Positions 1-12,000 of a stretch of 64,000 nt of DNA are shown one piece after another. The position numbers were made by a program, and so were the translations under genes. Origin of the DNA: an uncultured Planctomycetales bacterium (GTDB lineage Bacteria > Omnitrophota > Gorgyraeia > Zapsychrales > JANLHA01); NCBI GenBank assembly GCA_964374105.1, contig CAYJXI010000001.1, forward strand, positions 135,743 to 199,742, written 5' to 3'. Each line of letters starts with the position of its first letter. Within the stretch, counting starts at the first letter, position 1. The notes below the pieces were generated by a model. The model did no database searches, was not told the DNA's origin, and saw nothing but the letters and a program-made list of their open reading frames with translations.

Positions 1-2
1 GA

Positions 3-3000
3 GTGGCTAGGGAGCTAAGGACCCGTACTCGTGCCGAGATAGTGGAAAGCCTGCGGCAGAGAAAGATAGAAATTGGGAAACACGATGACTCGCTTAATAC
101 GCTCGAGTTATATTTCAAGGTCGGTTCAATGAGTAGTAAACCGAAAGGTTCATATCATATTCTCACTATCCGATATCCTTTGGAAGATAACGTTATCGAG
201 AAGGTGGAACTTCGATATGCCTATGCGAACGACGATTCGTCAGATGCATTCATCGCAACAAGTGTCTGGACCCTCAGCTCTATTCGGGACGTAGCTATTG
301 TTGAGGGGAATGATAGACACCAAGTGCGGGTCGTGATGATACTCAAGGCAGGTGCTACCGAAGGCTTGAATTTAATCGGGCATCCTATTTCTGAGGACAT
401 CGTGAATCCGGATGGTTCTCATTTTAAGCGGACCTTTGAAGTCATGAGGGAAGAGGATATTGTTAAAGATGAAGGCCTGATCCGTCAGGCTGGTTTAAGC
501 GTCTGGAAGAGGATGACTCAATCACTTAACCGTATTGAATGGTTGGGCAGCCTGCCGCATACAGCTCAGGTCAATGCGCTTGCTTTCTCTTATGACGGAC
601 TTTATCTGGCGGCAGGCACACAGAACGGCGAGGCGCCGGTCTGGAGCGTAGATGTCGGTATGAAACGCCACACTAACAAGAATCCCGATGGCAAGCCCAT
701 TCATGATGTCCTTATTACCGGTACAGGAGAAGAGGCCCTGACCACCGGTGAGAGCCAGTCCGTCCAACAAGGGGAAGGGCAGGAAGAACACAACGATGAC
801 GATGATGACTTTGATGATGAAGATGATGATGTTTCTGATCGCAACGCGGATAAATATCCGGCCACGATGCCAACAACCAATGAACTCGACCGCGCACCGA
901 TAAAAGAAAAACTAGAGACAATTAGAACAGCCTTGGGTGGTAGAAAGGCCTTGGTTGAGAACGGCATCAACCTTAGTGGAATTAATGTGGTAATGAGCCC
1001 AACGCTCGCTGCGCCAGCCGAGGTAAGGGGTGGGATCCTGTATATTAACCCGATTACATTGCGTGCACCCCAAGAGCAGTTAATGGTCATATTCGAAGGT
1101 CATGAACTGTATCACCTTTTGGGTCGCAATGAAGAAGAGACCCGCCATCTCACCCTGCAGTATCTCATTGAACACAATCTCTTATTAAGACACATCGCCT
1201 TCCTTGAAAATAATGATCTCGGTTTAACTGCTCATCAGGGATGGTTAAAGCAACTCCAAAGGACTTTACAACAACTCGCAAATGAGAGTTTACTGAATGA
1301 AGAAAGAGAAGGGGTCTTTTTACTTAAGAAACTCAAAGGGCTTATGGTGGCTGTGTCCCTCATGGATATTGGGGCGGAAGTTAGTTCAGAGGGCCGTATT
1401 GATTATCGAGAAAGTCTTAACAAGACTAGAGAACTTCTAGCCATTTTAGCCGAGCAGGGTGTAAGTAGTATTTACCTTTACGGCGGGTTATATGCAATTG
1501 GCGGAATATCTATACAGCTTCACCAAGTGCCCAATCCAGGCCTCCATATATTAACAAATAGGCAAGCAATGATTGGCATTGAAAATTACCAAACCAAGAG
1601 CCAGACCTTGGAAGGCAAGATCAATGTTGAACTGAAAGATTATTTTGGTAATCCGTTCTCCATTTACAGTATGCAAGTTTTGAATCCTAAATTATCGAAT
1701 GGGAATGTTGAGGAAAACTTAACAGCATTAATCCAGACGGCACAACGTTTTGGATTAGACGTGACAGTTGATTTTATCCCATGGTTGGCGCCGGATGCGA
1801 TTAACGAAGGGAATTATCGCTGGACGATTTATCGAGAGATGAATGATTATGAACAACGCCATCCAGAAAATGTCTTGGGTGAATATTTTGCAGTTAAGAT
1901 TAATGAAGATGGTAAACAACGCTATGTGGCTGTTCGACATTTGCTGGGCTTCGGTACGCCTAATGTGGATGAGACCATCCTCAATGCATTTGATCCGCAA
2001 ACACAGAAATATTATATCGATTCCTTAAAATCATTGATGGATAGAGGAATATACAGTGTACGGGTGGATTTGGCGCACAACCTCCTTATGAATCATTTGA
2101 TTCATTATTTTCCAGAAGGCCGACAATTGGAACTAGAGGGTGAACCTGAACCATGGTCGATTATCTTTAAGGCCGTCAAAGAGTATGCCGATAAAAAGGG
2201 GAGAAGATTTAAATTTATTATGGAAACATATGATCAAGCCGATCGGGATAATCTGCGTTCGTTAGGAAAATATGCAGATGTTGATGTGCAGGTTTATTAT
2301 AAAAATGTTTATGATGATTTTAATAAACCTTCCACTGATGACTTATCCTGGTCGGTTAATTATGCGATAACTGTAAGTCCGCAGACAATCGTATTTCCGT
2401 CCAATTTTGATGAACCGTCCTTAAAATTGCTAAATGGATCTCGATATGGATTTATGCGATTGTTACTGGTGATGGCTTATTTGGGAGTGCCGGTGATGGT
2501 AGATTTAAGAGAATGGGTGGATCATACTGGTCAAATTAACACGATAGTGGGAGGAAGAGATCCGAGTGGATATATCCGGCATCCGTTTGTGACAGCCGAT
2601 GAATTATTAAGAAGAAGAGATTGGAATGGTCTAAAAACAGCAGTTTTGAGATCTCCCTGGACAAATTTTGTCAGAGAATTACAGGAGACATCTTTAGAAT
2701 CTCAGCCGGATTCGATTATTGAGGAACATCGGGTTTCAGCTTGGTATTTATTTAATTACGCAGATATACAATATCAGGGACGATTTATCAGTCTCGGTTG
2801 GTTATTAGCAGATCGGCTGAACATCTTTATCTATAATGCCCGACCAAAGGAAATTGAACAAACAATTACCGTGAAGTTGCCTTTTGACTTATTGGATGTT
2901 TTAAAGGACGTTGGTCAAGAGACATTGGGAGTATCCTTTGCCTCCGGTGAGGAAAGCCGCTTGATTTCTATTTCGTTAATAGGACTTAAAAAGAAGAGAT

Positions 3001-6000
3001 CTTCTTATGAAATTGCACTGAGTATGATTCAACATGATTCCTTCACCTGGGCCAATGAATTTTATCAATATTACTTAAGGTATGATAGCGAAAAATTATC
3101 TGACTTTAAGAATGAATATGAGGACGCATTAAGAAAATTATTGTTCTATTACGATCAAGATTATGCTAAAGCCAAAAATATTGTCAAAGGGGTTGCTTGG
3201 ATTTTAGCCAAACCTGAATTTTTAGGTCCAGTCAATCATGAGGCTTTGAAGGACTGGGGAGAAGATTTAAGAACAGTCTTTAACATTCTTGATACTTTTG
3301 AAGGAAACACAGAAGGAATCGTTGAGATTCTCATTAACTATCTCAAAGCTAAGGATAACAGTCGTTGGGTCATTTATCAAATTTATAGAGCTTTGGATAT
3401 TTACTTAATGAGTGGCAAAGATAAGAAAGAAGAGCATCTGTTTAAGCGAAGCGTTGCTATTTTAAGATCTGACGAGGTTAAACACGTAGCCCAAGAAACA
3501 TTGATAGAAGAAGCTGAAAGAACAAAGAGATTGGCAGAAATAGCCAGGAGTCTTGAGCAACTATTCTTCCCGTCAGAGCCAGAAAATGACGAAAAGGAAA
3601 AGCCAACCCAAGGTTTCAATGGAGCATACCAAGGGACAAGAGAAGAATTGGTAAAGGCCATTTTAAAGAGTCAGAGGATCGATGTGTCTCCCAAGTTAGC
3701 TTCGATGATCGGTCGCCAGTTTAATAAAGGAAGTCCGGTTTATGAGGCAATCGCCAAATCTCACGGATTAAGGGCGCCACCTAGAAGGATTGACAGAATT
3801 GATGTTGTTGATTTAGGCATCGATTATCGATCCGTCCTTGTTGCTCTCGGATTTTATGAACCTCAAATTACATTTGTCTTAACTCCATCCTATTATCGTC
3901 GTTTAAGAATTTTATCTCTCCTACAATTTATTTTTGGTGTAAAGCACATTTTTGATTCTCATTTGAAGATTGTATTGCGGCATGAAGTCATTGAATTCCT
4001 TGTAAGGGATCATCTGAAGGCTAAACAGATTGAGGAGGGCTATCAGTTAGCAATAAAGTCTTCAAAACTTATTGATTTTGTAAAAGGGCCGCAGCGAACG
4101 ATGCTCATTCACTTCCCGTGGCAGGTGATGAGCAAACTGAGTCGTACGTTCACTGCGGCCTTAAATTTAATGAAAGGGCTGTTACAAAAACTGCTCAATA
4201 CCATTCCGTGGCTGGTGAGGGGCAGGCTATCAGCTGTTAGTTATCAGCTGTTAGCTAAATTTGTAACAGCCCTTAGATTTGCTAAGTTCCCATTGCTTTT
4301 GTTTATTTTCATTAGTCTTTCCTTTCCAACGAAATTATTGGCCCAAGGTGTTTTTGAAGAATTTGCATCCACTCAAAGTTCAATGCCATTAGTCTTTAAG
4401 CTAATTTTGGTCGGGGTGGCATTAGGTTTGATAGGTATCGGATTAATGGTTTATCTGGCTTCAAATGATGCAAAAGGATATCTCAAACAAATAGATCACT
4501 CTCAGATCAAAGAGGGTAAACCCAGAATCCTAAGGATCATTCATTCTCTTAGAATAGGTGGGATGGAAAATAAGTTATTAGAACTGGCTAAGCATATTGA
4601 TACAAATGAATTCAACCTCATTATCTTGACGCACGAGAGTCAGGAGCAATATTCGGAGGATATTGAAAGGGCCCGGAGCCGAGGCATCCAATTTATTTTC
4701 AAACGTCCACAAGTTAATATTAGAGGGTATTCAGGGAAGGTGAAGATCATGAGGTTATTCCTACGATTGATTCCTTACCTTAAATCTACCCTAGTTGAGT
4801 TGATGTTGTATAGGGCCCTTAAGGCCGAGGTGATCCACTTTAGCGGTCCCGGCGGGTTAAGTTACCTGATTAAGAAAATATTGGCGAGATTCTTGGCCCG
4901 TATCCCGATTCTTTTAACAACCTATCATGGATTCCCGGTCATTAAGAGAGAAGGTTATCTTGAGCGATTTGGTAAGACGATAGTCCTGCTTTATACGATT
5001 TTGACTGTCTTTGGCATGCGTTATTTGGATCATGCCTTGATTGCCTTAACGGAAAAAGAAAGGAAAGCCCACATCGAAACAGGTGTCCCTCCCCAAAAGA
5101 TCTACGTGATCCCCAATGGGATTGATTTAAGAAACTTTGAGAATATTGCAATGCCAACGGGAATCTCTTCGTTAGATTCGCGGCTGATCGAAATCCTTGC
5201 AAACGAGAACAACTTGATTATAGGAACTGTGGGAAGGCTCCATTTTGTTAAAGGCCATGAATATCTGATCACGGCAGCTAAGCAGATTTTGGCAGAGATT
5301 CCGAATGCCTATTTCTTTATCTTCGGAGAAGGAGAGATAAGAGGGAAACTTGAAAGCCAAATCAAAACTTTAGGTTTAGCGGATCGATTCTTTATCCCAG
5401 GGAATATTTCCCATGATGATGTGCCCAAAGTCCTTTCTTTAATAAATATCTTTGTTCTTCCCTCTTTGAGTGAAGGGATGCCGACCGTCGCTATGGAAGC
5501 CATGGCTGCGGGACTTCCCATTGTTGCCAGTCGTGTTGATGGGATTCCGGATACAGTTGGACAAGAGGCAGGAATCTTAGTTTCCCCCAAAGATTCATTG
5601 GCTTTGGCGAAAACGATCATTCATCTTGCAAAGAATAAAGAAGAAAGAGAAAGAAGAGGTGTACTGTTAAAACAACGAGCCTTGGAATTATTCAGTATAG
5701 AAAGGATGACACGACAATATGAGGAGCTGTATAAAAGATTATTAAGGATTCAATATTTAAAGAGTCAGGAAGGGTGGATCAACCGTTGGTTTGGCCGAGG
5801 AGTGGCTGGTTTGATGTTAATCCTTGCCTTGCCAGTGATGGGCTTGATTGCCTTAGCTATCAAACTGGATAAGCGACATTCTGGAACGGTTATCTTTAGA
5901 CAAAATAGAATCGTTGGATACTACACCGATGGAAAGCCGATCACCCAAGAAATCATCAAATTCCGTACTTTGACAGTGAGTCCCACCGAAGGATTGGGTG

Positions 6001-9000
6001 CTATTCAAGGAATCGAAAATCGCATTACACCTTTAGGTCGTTTCCTGCGTTATCTGCATTTAGATGAATTGCCGCAGTTATGGCAGGTTGTGAAAGGGGA
6101 TTTAAGGTTAACCGGCTTCCGGCCACGGGCCTTGGCCGTAGAAAAAGAAACCGGTACAAATATTTTCCAGGAATGGCGTGAACTGTTGATTCAAAATAAT
6201 CTGTGGGCCGGGGTGATTCCCCCTGGCATGCTTCGAAAATACAGGTTGCTAAAGAGAAGTCAAAGGAGAGAAGATCCGCATCTACACAAGGTAGAGATCG
6301 AGGCGATCACGCATTCGGCCTTTTTGAATCATTTATTCATCTTGGGAGAACTTGGGATTTATATCATCTTAAAGGTCTTTAATGGCTTGATTGCAAGTAG
6401 GGCAAGTGATGTAGGGGTGCTTCGGTTAGAGGAGAGGGAATTTGCAACAGCTTTGGCGGATCGTCGTAAGTCAGGGGTAACTGAAGAAAGTATCATACAA
6501 GCGCAAATGAAGTTGAAAGAGTACGGGATCGTTTCTACCCCAACTCCACTTAATGGAATCGTAGGATTAAATGATTTTGTCAATCAAGTCCTCGGCCGCA
6601 ACAAGGAAAACGACGTGAAGGTCTACCTCAAAGACGAAACCGTTAATCCAACCGGTTCTTTCAAGGACCGTGCCCCCATTCAAGTATATCTTGACGTTGA
6701 ACTGGTGCTTAACGGTGAGATCAAGAAAATGTTTGTCCTGTCTGTCTCTACTGGCAACCACGGCCTGGCCGTTGCCCATGCGGTGAAGACTGTTATTGAA
6801 CATTTCAAGAAAGAATATCCAGACATCAAGGACCGGGTTGAGGCCCGGGTTTATATGTCCCAGGGTACGTTGGTTCATAAACGCGAGAATATCCGCAAAG
6901 AGGACGGAATCGTAGTGACCGAAATTAACGGCCAGAAGATCAGAAGTTATGAGGACGGAGAAACTGAGGTCTTCCGCCTCGTGAAGGAAAACGGCAAGGG
7001 TTATATCCAAATCCGTCATGCCGACAAGTACGTGGTTTCCGGCTATGCCACCATTGCGGTTGAAATCTTGAAACAACTCGAAGATCGCGGTATCAAGCTG
7101 GCACAAATCCAAAATGGCGAGGTTGTCGTGATTTCACCGATGGGATCAGGGGGACTTCTGGCTGGTCTTCTTCAGATGACAGCCCGTTATCCGGCGGTTC
7201 ATGGGTATGGCATCACCGCCAAGCCAGCGGACATGACCTTTCGCTCGCTATTAATCGGGGAGGCGATCCGCGAGGTGGTGGAGTTGGATTACGAGGTTGT
7301 GGTTGACGGCAATATGGCCACAACGGAAGAATTTGCTTTGAAACTGATTCAAGGTTTGGGTAAAGGAGCGTTTCTGGTCAGCGAACAGGATGCCCTCATG
7401 GCCACCGCCTTGTTGAGGCACTTTGGGATTGTGGTTGAACCCACCTCGGGATTACCTTTGGCCGGGCTTTTAATATTCGCCGATCAAAAAGAACAATTGT
7501 TAACCGAAGCTCGTCATCTTATCATGCCGCTCACCAGTAAGAATTTAAGTGAAGAAATGAATGAAAAAATTAAAGGCCTCTCTAAAGATTTAGGAAAGAT
7601 TTATGAATATTTCCTTGAGCGCAGGAAACAGGTAAAGGACGAAAGCAGGGACAGCCCCTACTTTTCAGCTGGAAAAGTAGGAACAGCCCCTACTTTCCAC
7701 AAATATTCAACATTATACTCTATGGATGCTTTTGTATTGCTGGCTGTTGCAAGCATAATGGCGCTGGTTGGTCTGGGACTTTTTGCAAAATGGATTTTAA
7801 CAAAGAGAATCAAAAATCTTATTGGGAAAGATAATGCCCTCTTAAAACGACTCAATCAATTAATGACTTTGAAAGACAAGATTGTCTTTGTTCCCTTCCG
7901 GCGAAAATTACAAGAGCTTTATACGCAAGGTAAAATTACATTCTCCAAAGGTTTAGGACAGTATTCGCAATTTATCTTAAACCGCATGGCCTTTGAGTTA
8001 GTGATGATTTATCCCAAACCGCCTTTGCAGGAGATGAGGGTTAACTGGACTTCTAGAGAAGCATCTGGATTTTCCGGACAGTTTGACCGATTGGGTCGGT
8101 TCCATTATCAGGTGACCATTGCTCAAAAAAGAATTCCCCAATCAGGTGTTTATGACAAAAAGTTTGATTACACCGTTGGTGCTGCCGAGTCTGGCCATTT
8201 GGCGCAAGCGTATTTGCAGGATGTTTTGAATTATCCCGAAACATATCAAGGTCCCGGGGCGGTTTATATGACGGGATTGTCTGAGGCAATTGAACATTTA
8301 TCCATCAGATTGTACAAATCCCTTAATTTCAAAGTCGAAGACTTCTTTAAAGATGACACTGAGTTTGATCCACATCTCTTCCTGGCCCTAAGACAGATTA
8401 ACGAAGGGTCTCTGCTTGATCCAACGTTGGTGGGTGTTGGAGCCCATGCCTATGGGATTATTATCGCCAATAAGATCAGCGAGAAACTTAATATATGGAA
8501 GCAACCTCATCAATATCGTTATAGAAAACTGACAAGATATCTGAGAGCTTATATGCAGCTTTTAATCACGGTGGATTCTTCGGTTTTAGTGAAACCCGCG
8601 GATGCGGAGTTGCAATTATTAGTTGGATTTCTGTCAGCTGTTCAAAAGGCTATCGAGAGGATTTTTGAAGGGCAAGTTGCCAAGATACAAATTTTGAAGT
8701 TAATCAAGAAACTTGACAGAGTGAATTTTGAAAAGTTGTTTGAAAAACCGCAAGTTCAAAGACTCTTTGAGCGAGGGATTAAAGAATCGGAATTGACAGA
8801 ACTTAAGACCCTGTATCAAGAGCTGAAAGAGATTGATTGGGAGGCTTCCGAAGCCAAAATACAAGCGATACTGGAATTACAAAACATTAAGAGAGTAATG
8901 GAAGAGATTCACCAAAGGGTGATTGCCCCATTCCAACAAAAAGCGAGAGATTTTGTGGAGGATGAAGTCAACAAAATCCTTGCCATCGATTCACCTAAGG

Positions 9001-12000
9001 TGTTGTTGACAAGGGCAAAGAAGGTTCTTCAAGAAAAATCCGCATCCCATGACAAGGATGAACCGAAGGCTAGAGAGGCGGCGGAGGTATCAGGCAACCT
9101 TGACGACCAAAAGGTACATTTGGGCGCCTGGTCAGGTGAACCGCTCTTTAAGGATCTCGAAGCTGAGGGTTATGTTAAGGCCAAGGTTAAGGTCGGACCG
9201 TTTGAGTATCCTGTTTATCAAAAGGGTGAACAAAGGCTTATCGTCAAGACAAGATCACACATGTGGTTTGAGGCGTTTATTGAACGCATTGCCTTTGAGG
9301 TGGCGCAGCGCGTTCGTATCGAGACAGCCGGTATTTGGTTTGTGAAAGATAAAGAAGAACGTATCTTACGTGCCCGAGAATACTGGCCAAACAGCGAGGT
9401 CCTTTCCCATCGAGACCCGATATCTGAGGAGATTATTCATGAAAGCGAATTAGCGAAAATACAGCCGGAACTTAAAATGGTGTTCCCATCACAGGTCAAT
9501 TATCCGGCCTGGCTGCCGCATTTGGCCCGGCCAGAACAATTTATTGGTTCTGATATTTTAAGACAATTTATGCAGGTTGGGGATTCCTGGGATCCGAAAC
9601 AAGTACTCATAAAACCAGTGAGTCGATCTGCCGAAGGCAAGCAATTTTATGAAGCCAGGTTTATCGATTTTGAACATGGGATGGTCATGATTATTCTGGG
9701 TCCGGAGACATTGGTCGCTTTCTTACAGGAGAATAGTTTATTATTGAAACACCACACCCGGCCTGTCTTAGAAAGGTTAGCCAATATTACGGATGAGGAA
9801 ATTGACCGTTTGATCTCTTCGGTTTTCCCTGATGAATTAGCCTCGGTAGCACAGGGTGAAGACATGAGATCATACGCGGATGTTAAGTCAACAGTAGCCA
9901 GCGGCTTAAAGACCAGCCGCGATATTGTGCGTAAATATCTGCCACAGATTAAATCGGTACCGGACATAATCGTTGATGGGACACAAAGGCCGCAAGATGC
10001 CAAGGGCTCGATCGCAGAAGGCTTAAGAACATTCCTAAAAGAGTTTAAAGATCGCTCAGTCACTTTACAAGAGTTCCGTTATAAACGTTTAACCCCTCAA
10101 GGCAGTCCGTACAGTGACACCACCATTCGTATGGAATTGAAGATGCTTGAGTTGTTGGGATTGATCTTTGTTGATCGATCGCTAAGATCTTATCGCTACC
10201 AATTGATTGAGGAGGTGCGCAATCTCTCACCGCCAGATTTGGAAGAAATACTGCAGGCCCAATGGTTGCAAAAATACAAGCTTTCTAGTCTTGGTTTGGT
10301 GGCCGCAAGACGCGATGTTCATAAAATCCTTAACCGTAATCGTCCTGCCGATTGGATTCCTGTCTGGCCAAGACAAATCCCTCGTAAGACCAAAATCGAT
10401 CGAGAAGAATTAGAGCAAATCACCTCTAAATTAAAGATGCATATTGAAAATTTGGTTAAGAATCATGATAGCCAAATGAAATTCAGCCACGATGAGACTA
10501 TTGAGATTCTTGTCTCTGCTGCTGATATTGGTTTCCATTTTGGTTTAACCGCGCCAGAGATGAAAGAACTGTTAGAAATGGCAGAATTTTTTGTAGATGC
10601 TACCGAGAAACCAAAGGGAGAATGGATCCCGCTTGACTTTATCAGTCTGATACGAATGACCCTCATCATCCTTAATCAAGTGAGGCTTGTTTACTTGGGC
10701 TGGATTATTGATTTACATCCTAAGGAAGGAGGAATACAAATTCATGAAGTCATGTCTTTTGATTTGATTTATTCTGAAAATCTCCCGCTTATTTTGGCTA
10801 CGATAAAAGATTATAGACCGGAACATCACCTTGCTGCATTCGAGTCTCCCCTTTATATCTTTTTGGATCAAGATGTCTTTGTTCATGGAAAACTTATCAA
10901 AGAAGAAAAAGAAAAATTAGAGAATCTCCCGAATTACATAAGGATGGAATATCCTCAATTGTCTCAATTCGTCGATTGGGTGAAAAATTTTAGTAAGGAA
11001 GAATTTATGGCCTTGGAAAGAAAACGGGTTTTATTTGAAGAATGGACGCATTATTTACAGTATCTAAGGATTAAAGATAAGCAGGATTACTATTTAAAGA
11101 ATCAACTGACAAGGGAGGAGCGAGGCGAACTTATCGAGAGAATCTTTAGTCTTGAGCAAAAAATAAAATTAGTCCGTTCGGTTAAAGAGGAACTTTTGGA
11201 AACAGTTGAGAATCTTTCTTTAACTGGTCAAGAACTCTTCAGTCTCATAGACGAAACCCATTTGGCCCTTGTTCGGATCTTATATGCTCAGTCGATAAAT
11301 GATTTCTATCTTACTTTATTAGAATTTATTATCAAGAGTCGAATTTATGAGGGGATTCAGTACCGGACAGATGAGAATTATATTACCGCTGCCCAGATTG
11401 TCTTAAAGAACCTGGTTCTTCACCTTTTTAGGAAAGAGTCTTACCATCGACCGATGATCGAACTGGTTAATGAGATGATCTCTATACCTTTGGAACAATT
11501 ATGGAAGAGAGTGAGAAGACTTACTAAACTGAGTCACAAGTCATCCCTCGCTAGCGCTCCCCGGCCCGCCAGTCACGAAAGCCGGGGCGGGCGGGACAGG
11601 CAAGTCAGACCCGCCCGCCGGACGGGCAGGAGTCAGAAGATCACAGGTCACCTGCCTCGCCGGCAGGCAGGCGAGCCACGGGTCACGGGACATGGAAGTG
11701 ATCCTGCTAAACCCAGAAATGGTTATCGGCCCAGCCAGGTTATAAGAGAATTTAGCAGGTTTAAGAGAAATCATTTTAAAGGCTTTAAACCAAATTATAA
11801 GTTTGATGATAAACAAATAGAGACTTGGATTAACACCAATATTGAACTGGCGGCGGTCTATTTCCGCAGTAAAGAGAATTATGCCACAGTGGAAAGACTC
11901 CTAAAGGCGGTCTTTGAGGAAAGGCTGCTTTGGGGTGAAAATCATATCTTCTATGGCGCTAATAATTACAACGGTCGCAACGAGGATGGGGCGATTTATT

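Noticed and set aside
790-840. Acidic tract NDDDDDFDDEDDDVSD
   Set aside because: Simple low-complexity poly-Asp/Glu linker. Possibly cation-binding, but there is nothing specific to claim.
1090-1120. HExxH (HELYH) zinc-metalloprotease-like motif in FEGHELYHLLG
   Set aside because: A five-residue pattern is expected several times by chance in more than 21,000 residues. I saw no supporting third ligand or Met-turn context.
1440-2350. Possible TIM-barrel glycoside-hydrolase-like region (GVSSIYLYGGLYAI ... GLDVTVDFIPWLAPD)
   Set aside because: There is only a vague resemblance to GH13-type conserved regions. I could not identify catalytic Asp/Glu positions with any confidence. Left uncalled.
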